Source: Octopus sinensis (Eukaryota). From it: a stretch of DNA of 64,000 nt. Location: the NCBI RefSeq assembly GCF_006345805.1, contig NC_043015.1:18290001-18354000 (forward strand). Direction: 5' to 3'. Below are positions 1 to 11,685 of this stretch, piece after piece; position 1 is the first letter of the stretch; the number at the start of each line of letters is the position of its first letter. The notes under the pieces were generated by a model. That model saw nothing but the letters and a program-made list of their open reading frames with translations. It did not search any database and was not told the DNA's origin. The position numbers were made by a program, and so were the translations under genes.

Positions 1-686
1 CCTGGCACAGATTATATAGTATTCCCATTGTTGGTAACAGAAGCAGCATATGGCAGTGTACTGGTCAGAAGGATTCTTCTACATAATTGCTCCACTGACA
101 ATGCTTATGTAACTTGCAGCTGATCATTGCCAATAAAACTAAGTACCTTTACCTTTTCTATAAACTACAGTGGGTGTCATCACAAAAGGTACTCAAAGAA
201 TATGAAACTGATTACAATTGATTAAAATATCAGGAAAAACAAGCAGCAAGAGGAAACCAAAAAGAGAAAACAAAGGGAGATGACAATGATAACTGAAGTA
301 GCAAAATCCCACTACATACACCACATAAAGTCTAGCTTTGAACAATTATCTCCAATAATTGCATTATAAAGCGATAAAGAAATAAAAGTTAAGTTTGGTA
401 AAATTTGAATCAGGTGCTTTATAATAAAATTCAGCTGTTATTTTATGAGTTATCATTTTACAAATACATAGTATTAACTATTTATAATCCATTGTATTAC
501 ACAATATTACATATTTACTTAGTGCTATCTATTGAAATAGCAACTATTTATTGCTATTGCAACATAACATTTCTGAAAGGGCCAGAATTTGAGATGAGAA
601 AGAAAGTAATTACAGAAAGGTCTACTGAGACTTGTGAAAGAATAAATATAGCTTAGTAACAGTAATGAGAATAAAGACAAACATAC

Positions 687-791
687 TCCATCTTCACTGA
701 AAGCAGGAATCAAATCTTCTTGATCACCAGCAGGAGGCAACGGATGGAATACAAACATCATTACCCATATTGGTAAGAGCAGCTTAAGGAC
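687..791 (-). CDS. Exon of orphan 7TM membrane protein gene (TM7 and start of C-tail: VLKLLLPIWVMMFVFHPLPPAGDQEDLIPAFSEDG)
   Basis: Minus-strand acceptor ttttctttttaattcacag and donor gtatgt; 105 nt, phase 0/0; joins in frame to exon 3773-3817. Confidence 0.85.
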
Positions 792-1588
792 CTGTGAATT
801 AAAAAGAAAATATAGTTTTATGAAATTTTGAATAATACAAAAGTTGCTGAATTTATTTTATATTAAAACAATGTAACCAGTGTCCAGTCATGTGTCATTT
901 TTCAAAAAATTTATCTTATTCATGCCTCTGATTGCTTTGTATTTATTTTATCAGCCCCTTTCAGCTTTACACTTTAATGGAATCTTTAAAATATGAATGA
1001 TGAAGAGAAAGTGTAAAGGCTTCATAAAGGATATATGTGGTTTCTTCAAAATACAATATATTAGAGAGTCTATTATTGTAATATGATGATTATAGCTATC
1101 TCATTACATTTAAATGATAAATTACAATAAGGATATTTTGTCTTACAAATGTTTTCTGCCCTCCTCCCAATAGTAAAACATCATTTAACCTACAGTCATA
1201 TTAGTGTAGGAAAGTAAACACTAAATTAATGATAGTAATTTTGTTTTGGCTGTAAGAAATGTAGTATGCAGTCATGAGTTATGTATTTGCTGAACGCAGC
1301 AGCAAATAATTGTATCTGTGTGTGCGCACGCACGTGTATATATATATAAATCTTTAGTTAATATATATACTCAATGAGAATATTATATACTGAATTTACA
1401 TTGAATGTTCTATTGTAGCAAAGTATTAATACTATTAAAGTATTTATACATTTAATATGAGTGATTATATATATATATTATATAATATATTATTAATATC
1501 AGGAAATCAATATTAGAAAATTCTTCAGAAATATATATATATGTGTATAGAATAATTGTTGTATTAAAAATATAAATATATCTTTATA

Positions 1589-3209
1589 CAGTTGCAGCCA
1601 AAATGTTCAGAACGGCATTGTTTTCATCAGAAAAGTAGGTATAAGTTTTTATCAAAGTTGTTTTATATTCTATAATTTTCACAAACAATAAATACGATAT
1701 TATTTGTTATTGTCTGAGATTTCGGTGTAATTTGAGAGGATAATAAAAAAGTTATGGATGATTTAATGATTTACTGCAAAACCCATGGTGGCCAAAATGA
1801 TCAGAACGGTTGCTTTTACTCCATGTTTTAGTATATTTAACCGTCGAACTCTAATGTTTTGAATTTGTTTACGTGACAGTTCGTTTACTAAACATTAGTA
1901 AGAATATCTGCAGTGTACTTTGTTAATATAATGCCACTTACTCCATTACCAATTCGTCAGCAGATTATTAAGCTTCGAAAGAAGGATAATTTAAGTATTA
2001 GGTCTATTGCAAAGATTGTTAACAAGTCAAAAAGTGTTGTTCACGGTATTCTTAAGGTCTATGATGATTGTGGTTCGTGTGAAGCAAGAAAGTCTACAGG
2101 TAGGCCAAGAAAAACGACCAAGAGAGAAGATCGTGCTATGGTAAAGTTGGTTAAAAAGGACAGATTTAAAACTGCTGCTGCTGTTTTTCGGGAAATGAGC
2201 ATTGTACTGAAAAAAACTTTATCTCAAAAAACTGTGTTTCGTCCTTTAGTTGAACATGACCTACAAGCAAGAGCACCTGCAGTGAAGCCACTGATCAGCT
2301 CCAAGAATAAAAAGTGTCGTCTTACCTTTTCAACCGAACATGTGTTGTGGTCTCAAGAAAAATGGCAAACGGTGCATTTCAGTGATGAATCTAAGTCTAT
2401 GTTATTTGGCTCAGATAGGAAAAGGTACGTTCGTCGAAAAGCAGGTGAAAAATTGTCACCTAAATGCCTTAAGACTAGTGTTAAATTCGGTGGAGGAAGT
2501 GTCATGGTTTGGGGGATAATATCTGGAGATGGTGTGGGCCCTTTGCTGCGATTACATGGAAAGGTAAATGCAGGAGTTTATAAACAACTTGTAAAAGATC
2601 ATGTCTTACCTGTGCTGAGAAATTCAACTAAGCGACCACCCATATTCATGCAGGACAATGCCCCATGTCACAAGGTCATGAACTTCCTCAAGGCTGAAAA
2701 GGTTATTGTTATGGATTGGCCTGCTCAAAGCCCAGACCTCAATCCTATTGAAAATGTGTGGAATATTCTAGGAGAACGTTTGAAAGCCGGAAATCCTAAA
2801 ACAACCGAGCAATTATGGAATGCCCTTCAGGAAGAATGGAATAAGATCACCCAGCAAGAAATTGAAAATTTAATTTCCCCATGCAGTCAAAAATGTCAAA
2901 CTTTGATTGAAACTAAAGGGCTTCACACTAAATATGAAATAATTCCAGCATTCTCTGTCACTTTCTGATTATTTTGTTATTTTTTCAACCGTTCTGATCA
3001 TTTTGGCCACCATGGGTTTTGCAGTAAATCACTATATCATCCATAACTTTTGTATTATCCACTCAAATTACACCAAAATCTCAGACAATACCAATTAATA
3101 TCGTATTTATTGTCTGTGAAAATTATAGAATATAAAACAACTTTAATAAAAACTTATACCTACTTTTCTGACGAAAACAATGCCGTTCTGAACATTTTGG
3201 CCGCAACTG
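1589..3209 (+). mobile_element. Full-length Tc1-family DNA transposon with IR/DR architecture
   Basis: TA target-site duplication at 1587-88 and 3210-11; ~224-bp imperfect TIRs (1589-1812, 2986-3209), each with outer and inner direct repeats GCCAAAATG(T/A)TCAGAACGG; internal transposase ORF. Confidence 0.95.
1931..2968 (+). CDS. Tc1 transposase, open ORF of 345 aa from ATG 1931, with D-D(31)E spacing
   Basis: HTH N-terminus, GRPRKT motif, HFSDESK, GGGSVMVWG, FMQDNAPCH and WPAQSPDLNPIENVW; I count 31 residues between the second D and the E. Confidence 0.9.
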   Translation: MPLTPLPIRQQIIKLRKKDNLSIRSIAKIVNKSKSVVHGILKVYDDCGSCEARKSTGRPRKTTKREDRAMVKLVKKDRFKTAAAVFREMSIVLKKTLSQKTVFRPLVEHDLQARAPAVKPLISSKNKKCRLTFSTEHVLWSQEKWQTVHFSDESKSMLFGSDRKRYVRRKAGEKLSPKCLKTSVKFGGGSVMVWGIISGDGVGPLLRLHGKVNAGVYKQLVKDHVLPVLRNSTKRPPIFMQDNAPCHKVMNFLKAEKVIVMDWPAQSPDLNPIENVWNILGERLKAGNPKTTEQLWNALQEEWNKITQQEIENLISPCSQKCQTLIETKGLHTKYEIIPAFSVTF

Positions 3210-3480
3210 TATATATAAAACTGAGAATGTATGTCTGTCTGTCTGTGTGTTTCCCTAAAACTTGAGAACTACACAAGCAATTTCATTCAAATTTTACACA
3301 TGCCTTACTTAGGGTCCATGTAGTTTCATGGGCAAAAAAATATGTTCAACTTCTTGCCTAGAGCAAGCCCATAGCAATATCATATCTTCTCCACTATTTC
3401 AGTATTACGTGTTAAAAGTGAAACAAAAACGTTTCTCTATTTTATGTCAGATACTTTCACTTTAACAATAAAAATAATAA
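3210..3480 (+). mobile_element. Non-autonomous Helitron-like element, 5' portion, head interrupted by the Tc1
   Basis: Removing the Tc1 rebuilds A|TCTTTATATATATAAAACTGAGAATG..., like the Helitron head at 38045 (TCTATATATATAAAACTG); no 3' CTAG end found. Confidence 0.45.
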
Positions 3481-3772
3481 TAACAATTGAATTATATGTA
3501 GTAAGTAATAATTAAAATCAAACTAAAGTATAATATAATCGTAACATAGCAAAACAGCTGAGACAATTGAAATATCACTGATATTATCTTTTGCTATTGT
3601 TTCTAAAGGGGTTTTGTTCTCTTTAGCCTTTTCAATGATATATGAAACATAGTACATGGAATTTCTGGAGTTTAACATGATATACATTGAGCTCCAATGT
3701 GATTATTCTCATGTTTAAGCACTACATCATAATGTCATATATATATACATATGTAGCAAAAAGGGTTCTTAC

Positions 3773-3817
3773 CATGAAAGATAGAAATATTGGAGAAAAA
3801 AGTTCTTGAGTGTGAAG
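3773..3817 (-). CDS. 45-nt exon of 7TM gene (LHTQELFSPIFLSFM)
   Basis: Acceptor catttatttgcag and donor gtaaga; phase 0/0; links exons 13153-13187 and 687-791 in frame. Confidence 0.85.
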
Positions 3818-4099
3818 CTGCAAATAAATGAGAAATTTAGAATATAAGATAATAATAACCTGCAGTGAAAATAATGTAACGTCATATACAATAAAGAAAA
3901 ACAAACAACAGTCTTTGTGTTTTTAAATGGCAAAATTACTACCACAATGCAATTTACACACATACACACATTTTATTAAGCACAAAGAGTTTGATAAAAA
4001 ATATTTTGTTTTATTCAAGGATACACTAGGAATAATTTAGTAATGAAGTAGAGTAAATCATACCAGAACTAGAGAAGAAATTTCATGTGTGGAAAGAAG

Positions 4100-5360
4100 G
4101 TCTGGAATTGAAGGGCCTTAGAGTTAACCTAGCAAAAATCTAAGTCTTAGTAAATAGGAAAGCAGACAAATCACAAATCCCATCAGGTAGATGGCCTGGC
4201 TCAATCTGTAGGAGAGGCATAGGTAGACATTCTATAGGATGTACCTGGTGCAAGCTATGGACACAATATTTGAGGTAGGTTAACTGGGAAAATAGTTTTT
4301 GTATGTGGAAGGGGTACAGGTACAATAAACACTGAAAATGTATAAAAAATAGACTCCATTAAATGCTAGTGGGGTAAGCTAGGGGAAGTTCATAACTTCC
4401 ATTATCTAGGTGACCAAGTCAGTAGCGGAGGTGGATGCTTTGAGGTGTAGCTGTGAGAATAAGAATAGGCTGAGCAAAGTTCAGAGAGCACCTTCCTCTG
4501 TTGGCAACAAAGGGCCTCTCCTTCAGAGTGAAAGGCAGACTGTATGATGTCTGTGAGCAAACAGCTATGCTATACAACAGTGAAACATAGGCTGTGACTG
4601 CCAAGGACATGTGTAGGCTTGAAATGAAGCTAATATGCTTCACTGGATGTGCAATGTCAGTGTGCATGTACAACAGAGTGTAAGCATCTTGAGACAAAAA
4701 TCAGGCATAAGATGCATCAGATGTGGTGTACAAGAGAGACAACTGCATTGGTATGTCATGTGATGTGTATGGGCAAGGACAACTGTATAAAAAAGTGCCA
4801 ATCTCTAACTGTAGAGGGAGCCTATGGAAGAGGTAGACCCAGGAGGACATGGGACGAGGTGGTGAAGCATGATTCTTTGAATGTTGGGCCACATGGAGGC
4901 AATGACTAGTGACTGAGACCTTTGGCGATATGCCATGTTTGAGAAAGCCTGTCAAGCCAAGTGAAATTTTAATCATGGCCGATGCGGGTGTCATGTAGCT
5001 GGCACCTGTGCTGGTGGCACATAAAGAGCACCTATTGAGTGTTGGACCTCATGGAGGCAAAGTGGCTGATGCTGGTGTCAGGTAAGTAGTACCTGTGCCA
5101 ATGGCATGTAAAAAGCACCTTTTGAGCTGTGGGCCTCATGGAAGCAATGAAATCATAATCATGGCAGATACTGGTATCATGCAACTGGCATGTGAAAACA
5201 TCCATTACACTCTTGGAATGGTTGGCATTAGGAAGGGCATACAGCCATAGAAACCATGCCAAATCAGAATCGAATCTGGTGCAGCCCCTCAGCTTACCAG
5301 CCCTGGTTAAACCATCCAATTCATGCCGGCATGGACAACAGACGTTAAATGATGATGATT
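4100..5360 (+). mobile_element. Degenerate 5'-truncated RTE-clade LINE (RT C-terminus and 3' UTR)
   Basis: Homologous to 17139-19294: GLRVNLAK region, KKCQSLTVEG-GRGRPRRTWDEVVKHD, GGAAGGGCATACAGC tail motif and (GAT)n end. Confidence 0.85.
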
Positions 5361-5769
5361 ATGATTGATGTATAATACTTTATATAGAGATGAACAAATA
5401 ACTCTGAAGACTTATCTATATGTGTGTGTTTGTTTATGTATACAGAGATGGATTTAATGTGCATATGTGGGTCTATGAGGATTCGGTCCCATTTCATTCT
5501 CTCTCTATCTATCTATATATCAAAACATGTGTATGAGTGTGTGCGTGTGTGTATAAATATTCAAAAAGTTAGTTCAAGGGTACTGTGTTTTCTCTTAAAT
5601 CAGTTTCATGTGCCGGCTAACCACAACGGTCCTTTTGTGATACCCGAGTTAACAATAAGTTATTCTCGCTTTGTAAATCCGAGTGTCCTATTCAGGACTG
5701 CATAGTTTCCATAGAGTAAGTAATAGTATTAATCATTATAAGGAGAACAGAGATTCTCCACATCTATAA

Positions 5770-6120
5770 TTTTATTAAACAGTTATTAACAGCATTCTTT
5801 CCTGGTTCTATGCACATTTCAATTGCATCAACTGCACACTGTTAGATACGCATCCTGGTGACATTGTCGGTAGTTTCATCAGGGTCCATCATTTACTGCT
5901 ATTTGAAGTGAAGCTGAACGAATCAACAAGCTGAGTGAATAAAGTGTTTTTTAGGTGGTATTAATATTACTAAGTGTGGTAGGTAAAGCAAGATATAGTT
6001 TTTAAAAAGTCTGGTTTAGATTAAATGTTTGCGCAGATACATTAAAAAGTTTACCAATCCACTCATTTCAAGGAGAATATCCTTAGTTTTAGAGGTATTC
6101 AATCAATTTTGATTTATTAT
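5770..6120 (-). repeat. Penelope pseudo-LTR-like repeat with decayed hammerhead motif (5803-5888), inverted partner of 9985-10335
   Basis: Its reverse complement aligns by eye to 9985-10335; contains TGGACC-CTGATGA...GAAATGTGCATA. Confidence 0.6.
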
Positions 6121-7499
6121 TTGTTTTCTATTTCTATTCTAGTAATTTATAATTTTCTTGCTATATTAAGTGTAATGCGTTTATTGGAATTTTTTAAAAG
6201 TACAGGCATACCTTGGCTTAAGTCATTTTGATTTAAGTTATTCTTGATTATACATCAGTTTTCAAAAATGATATAGGGTAAAATAAAAATCAAGTTTAGT
6301 CATTTTACTTGATTTTACGTCAGTCTAACACAAATATTGGAATTGTAAAATCACTAGAAAACCCTTAAAAGCACATAAAATTATGTTACTGTACAATAAA
6401 TAAGAATAAAAGTATATAAAATCATATTAAAATACGTACAGTAAATGTTAAGATACACACCATAAAGTATTATAGCTTAGTGAGCAAAATCATGATATCA
6501 TGAAATCATGAAAATATATGCATGTATTGGTAAATTTAAAGTAATTTAGTTGTTTAACTATTGTGAAATAATAATAATTACTGAATTTGTATTTTAAGCT
6601 TAAAAAAGGTTTTGGCCATGCATGTGTGTGTGTGCATGTGCATGCAAGGAAGCTAATGGGTGTATGTCTGTGTGTGCTTGTTCTTGTTTGTGTGTGTTCT
6701 GTTTTTATGTATTTATGTGTGTGAAATGTAGATGTAACAAAAACAATGTCACACTTTAAACCTGGAGAAAAAAGAGCAGAAATATTGTATCATGCATGGA
6801 GAAAAGGAAGAAATGTAAATTAACACTTACTACTGATGAAAGAAAATGCGAAATAAATAAATATAAACGACAGTGATTTCTATTAATTTTAAAGCTAAAT
6901 TAAACAAGAACAAGCATGCGTGCACACACACACACACACACACAGAAATACACCCATTAGCTTCCTCTTCCACTTCGACATGTCAAACAGAACAAACATG
7001 CAGTTGACAAGACAATAAATGCTCATGGAAACTAATGAATATCTTGTTTACATTTGTCTACTCAATCCAAAAGATGGTCAAGGCTTTTATTTTACCATGT
7101 CTTATTGCAAACTGCATTCATAAAGCGGCCGCGATGTATGGTAAACACCACCAAATTGTATTTGTAAATTCAGATTACTTTTCTTTTTACTGTATTGTAT
7201 TAAAAAATAAAAATTATTTGTTTGTAAGCTTAAAATATGTGTTTATTGACCATGTATTATTGAAAATGTATTCATAAATAAAATACAGAACTGGGAATGG
7301 TTATAATCAGTTTAGCCTAGAGACAAGTTTTTCCACTGAAGTCATGTCTCCTGGAATCAATTAACAACATAAGGTGAGGTATGCTTGTATATTCATTTGC
7401 ATGCAGACACCTTCATGCAAATAAACACTAGGCAAGAATGTGGTTGAAGGTGTCTCCATGTAAATAAATATACTTTTAAAAAATTCAAATAAATGCATT

Positions 7500-9917
7500 A
7501 CACTTACCCAGCTGAAAAATCTTTTGGCTCAAATGACCAACCTGGCCACAGCCAGCTGAGTGAACCCATTGATATTTAAGTGAGGATTTCAGCACAGATT
7601 TTGTTAGTACATTAGTGAAAACATGATTTCACTTTGTAAATAGTCAAGTTACAGTATCCAACATTGTTTGACATGATATCTCAGCTCTGCAAATTTTGGC
7701 AGATTTTTTCAATTTTTAAAATGGATAACAGCTTCATGCTATCAAGCAATGATTCTGAATTCGAGGGCTTTTTAATGGAAGATATGGAGAAATCGAGCAA
7801 ATGTGAACTACAAAACCACGTAGTGTATGAAAGTGAAACTGATATTTCTGTATGCAAAACTGAAAGGAGCAATTCTGAAGATAACTGATAGCGACAGAAG
7901 AGACTGGACCTATTCATAGTCTTTCTCAGGAATCAACACCATTAGACTTTTTTTTTTTTTTTTCCAGTATGCTTGTTTGAAGCAATTATTGTGGAAACAA
8001 ACTATTATGCAGAAAGTAAACAAACTGAAAAAAAAGATAGCTTGTGGTTTCCTACAAGCGTAGAAAAATATGGGCATTTTTTGCCATAAATATGGGTTTA
8101 AGAAAATTATCCAGAATTACAAATTACTGGAGTAATCATGAACCTTTTTGAGACCAGTATGTTTCCAATATTATGACAAGGACATGATTTGTAAAATTGA
8201 AATAATATTTTCATATGAGAAACACTAGCTGTACCCCAGTATGTGGAGAAGCAAACTTCGATCCCTTATTTAAAATAAGACCCCTCATTGATTGCATTCA
8301 AAACACATACCTATCCATTGATAAGGGCATGGTGGGGTATAAAGGAAGGGTACATTTCTGACAATATATGCCAGGAAAGCCCAAAGTTGGAGATCAAAGT
8401 TTGGAAAATTTGCAAATCAAACATGGGGTACTGCTGTGAGTTTAGTTTTTATACTGGGAAAAGGGACAACAATGTTAGTCAGCATAGTCTAGGGTATGAT
8501 GTGATCTGGAATTTATCACTTCCATACCATAACCAGGGCCGTTTATTATTTTTTGACTAATTTTTTTAGTTCAGTCAAACTTGCGGTGGATTTAGAGCTG
8601 TGACAACATATACATGTGCTTCAGTAATTGCTAGGAAAAAAGGGCTGCTGTTGGATATAAAAAAAAGCAAAATTAAAAAAAAAAAAAGAGGCGAAATAAT
8701 CCAACAGCAGAAAGGAAATCTGCTAGTGACTGCATATAAAGACAAGAGGCAGATAAATGTTCAATCAACCTATGCACAAGCATATGCAGATGAAACTGGC
8801 ACCCCATTTATGAAACTCGATTATAACAGGTACATGGGCAATGTAGATTGGTTAAATTAAATGATGAGCTACTATCCAGTTGATAGACCAGGTAAAAAAT
8901 GGTGGCAATACCTGGTTTAGTATATAGTAACTATGAGTATAGTAAATGCGTTTATATTATATACCAAATTAGAAGAGGCTCAATAGTGGTGTGACCATCT
9001 GCAGATGTAGCAACGCAGTTGAGAGCAGGTTATTCCTCCAAAAAAATAACTGTAGGAAGGAAAACCAAAACCTGCCAGAGAGATATCCCCTTGAATTCAG
9101 CCGATCTCCATAAATTAGAAAAAAAAATCGAGGGTCACAAAAGACAGTGCTGTGAATATCAACAAAGAAAACTCCCAGTGGATGGCCAGTTGAAGCTTCT
9201 TTCTAATGTGCATTCTGCAAGGTTGATTTATGTAGAGTGGGATGTTTTACAAGTTTCCATGGCAGAAATTTTGTGTGAATAGTGTATATATGTATGATTA
9301 GATTTTATAAATATTTTTCAAATTTACTCCATTCTTATTTTTTATTTACCTGTAATTTTAATTTGCCTGAAGGTGAGTGACAAGTTTGGATTTAATTTCT
9401 AAAGTAAATCTTTATCATATATGTTTTTGTGCATTCATGCATGTATGTGAGTTTATTTCATTTAGTTGTCGCATTTCACTGACTAGTTTACTTCAAAAAC
9501 AAATTCCAGTATTTCATTTTATTTTACTTTTATGGTACACCTGTCCTTATGTGCATTAATTTCAACTGATAGTCTAATGATGTGCACAATTCTTCTATAT
9601 TAAAATTTTGTTGAATGTCCAATTGAATATTAGCTGATGATTCATTTTCTATGGTGATTTTTAAACAAAATTTAAATATTTCTATATTTTTATGAATTTA
9701 CCTGTATTTACTTGTAATTAGAATCACTTTGAGACAAAAGTTATGCAATAGAATTAAGAACTTTTTCTTGAATTGTGTTCCAAAAATCACATTAATATGC
9801 CCATAAGTAAAAAAGTTACAGTTGTTTAATGAAACTAGTTTAAATTTGTGATTATTTTAGAATTTAATTGAAACTCATAAGGGGTGTGATTTACTTAGAA
9901 ATATAGTAATGAAAGGG
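7500..9917 (+). mobile_element. Degenerate piggyBac (PGBD4-like) transposon
   Basis: Acidic N-terminus SDSEFEGF, KVWKICKSNMGYCCEFSFYTGK, LFFD, DYNRYMGNVD, KKWWQYL, C-terminal Cys-rich CAFCKVDLC..CFTSFH; 3' terminus AGGG followed by TTAA (9918-9921); many stops and frameshifts; 5' TIR not found. Confidence 0.85.
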
Positions 9918-9984
9918 TTAATATAGCAAGAAAAATATAAATTACTGGAATAACAATTGTGAAAAAAAAATAATAATAAATCGA

Positions 9985-10335
9985 AATTAATTAAATACCT
10001 CTAAAACTAAGAATATTCTCCTTGAAATGAGTGGAATGGTAAACTTTTAATACTACTCATGAATTTATGCAAACATTTAATCTAAACCTGACCTATTTTT
10101 AAAACTATATCTCACTTTACCTATCACACTTAGTAATACTAATACCACCTAAAAAACATTTTCAGCTTGTTGATTCCTTCAGCTTCACTTCGAATGGCAG
10201 AAAAATAATGGACCCTGATGAAACTGTACCGACAATGGCACCAAGATTCATATATAACAGTGTGCAGTCGATACAGTTGAAATGAGTGTAGATCCAGGAA
10301 AGAATGCTGTGAAAATAATTGTTTAATAAAATTAT
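9985..10335 (+). repeat. Penelope pseudo-LTR-like repeat with type I hammerhead motif at 10209-10296
   Basis: TGGACC / CTGATGA / AACTGTA...TACAGTT / GAA / A-TGAGTG-T / A / GATCCA; stem II perfect, stems I and III imperfect. Confidence 0.6.
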
Positions 10336-10385
10336 AGATGTGGAAAATCTCTGTTCTCATAAATATTAATACTATATATATATAT

Positions 10386-11222
10386 ATCATCATCATCATC
10401 ATCGTTTAACATCCGTTTTCCATGCTAGCATAGCATGGGTTGGACAGTTCAACCGGGGTCTGAGAAGCCAGGAGGCTGCACCAGGCTCCAGTCTGATCTG
10501 GCAGTGTTTCTACAGCTGGATGCCCTTCCTAATGCCAACCACTCCGAGAGTGTAGTGGGCGCTTTTTACGTGCCACCGGCACAGGTGCCAGGGTAGGCTG
10601 GCAATGGCCACGATCGGTTGGTGCTTTTTATGTGCCACCGGCACAGAAGCAAGTCAAGGCGACGCTGGCATCAGCCACATATGGATGGTGCTTTTTATGT
10701 GCCAGGGTAGGCTGGCAACAGCCACAAACAGTTGGTGCTTTTTACGTGCCACTGGCATGGAAGCCAGTCAAGGCAGTGCTGGCATCGGCCATGTACAGAT
10801 GGTGTTTAGGTGCCACCGGCACAGGTGCCAGGGTAAGCTGGCAACGGCCACGAATGGTTGGTGCTTTTTACGTGCCACCGGCACGAAAGCCAGTCAAGGT
10901 AGCGCTGGCATCGACCATGTACAGATGGTGCATTTTACATGCCACCGGCACAGGTATTGCAACCACAATTTCCATTTGATTTTTGATGCTGACGTACTTG
11001 ACTCAGTAGGTCTCCTCAAGCACAGCAGGTTGCCCTACAATCCAAGGCACTTTGGAAGGGCTGCGGCTTCTATGTGAAGCTGGTGCAAGAAACAGCCATG
11101 AACTCATATTACTTGTCGGGTCTTTGCAGTCACAGCATATCTCCAGAGGCCTTGGTCTTCCGTCATTGCCTCTGTGAGACCCAACGTTCGAAGGTCATGG
11201 TTGACCACCTCATCCCATAAGA
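10386..11222 (-). mobile_element. 5'-truncated RTE LINE (ORF end and 3' UTR with tandem array)
   Basis: (CAT)n tail, GGATGCCCTTCCTAATGCCAACC motif, repeated GTGCTTTTTACGTGCCACCGGCAC units, end of RT ORF at 11150-11222. Confidence 0.88.
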
Positions 11223-11356
11223 TCTTAGACCCCCCCCCTTGGAGTCAGCATCCTGTCCAGCAGACCAAAAAATTCTTTTCTTCTTCTTCCCTCTCCCTTC
11301 TCCTCTTTTTCTTTAGTGCTCATTCCAAATACAAAAAAACACTCACACACTCACGC

Positions 11357-11387
<31 letters not shown>

Positions 11388-11642
11388 TGCTCTCTCTCTC
11401 ACTTTCTCCTCATCCATCACCCTCTTATACTGTCTTATATTCCTCCCCACCACTACAAACTCAATACCACTATAAAATGGTCAAAACTCTTCACACAGGA
11501 ACTTAGTTTGATTTGAAAACCCCACTAGAATGGGGGAAAGCGCTAATATATGATCTAAGTTATATGATGTATAAAAAAATGTAATATACAAATAAATATC
11601 TGTAAATATAAATAGATATCTGTAAATGAGGTACCTCATTTC

Positions 11643-11685
<43 letters not shown>

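Noticed and set aside
6825-6870. CTGATGA..GAAA spacing resembling a hammerhead (also 14790 minus and 57625)
   Set aside because: Stems I, II and III do not pair convincingly; likely chance in AT-rich DNA. The 57625 site could be a very old relic but I cannot support it.
10560-10955. CRISPR-like repeat-spacer appearance
   Set aside because: The spacers are themselves repeated, the array sits in a LINE 3' UTR, the context is eukaryotic and there are no cas genes.
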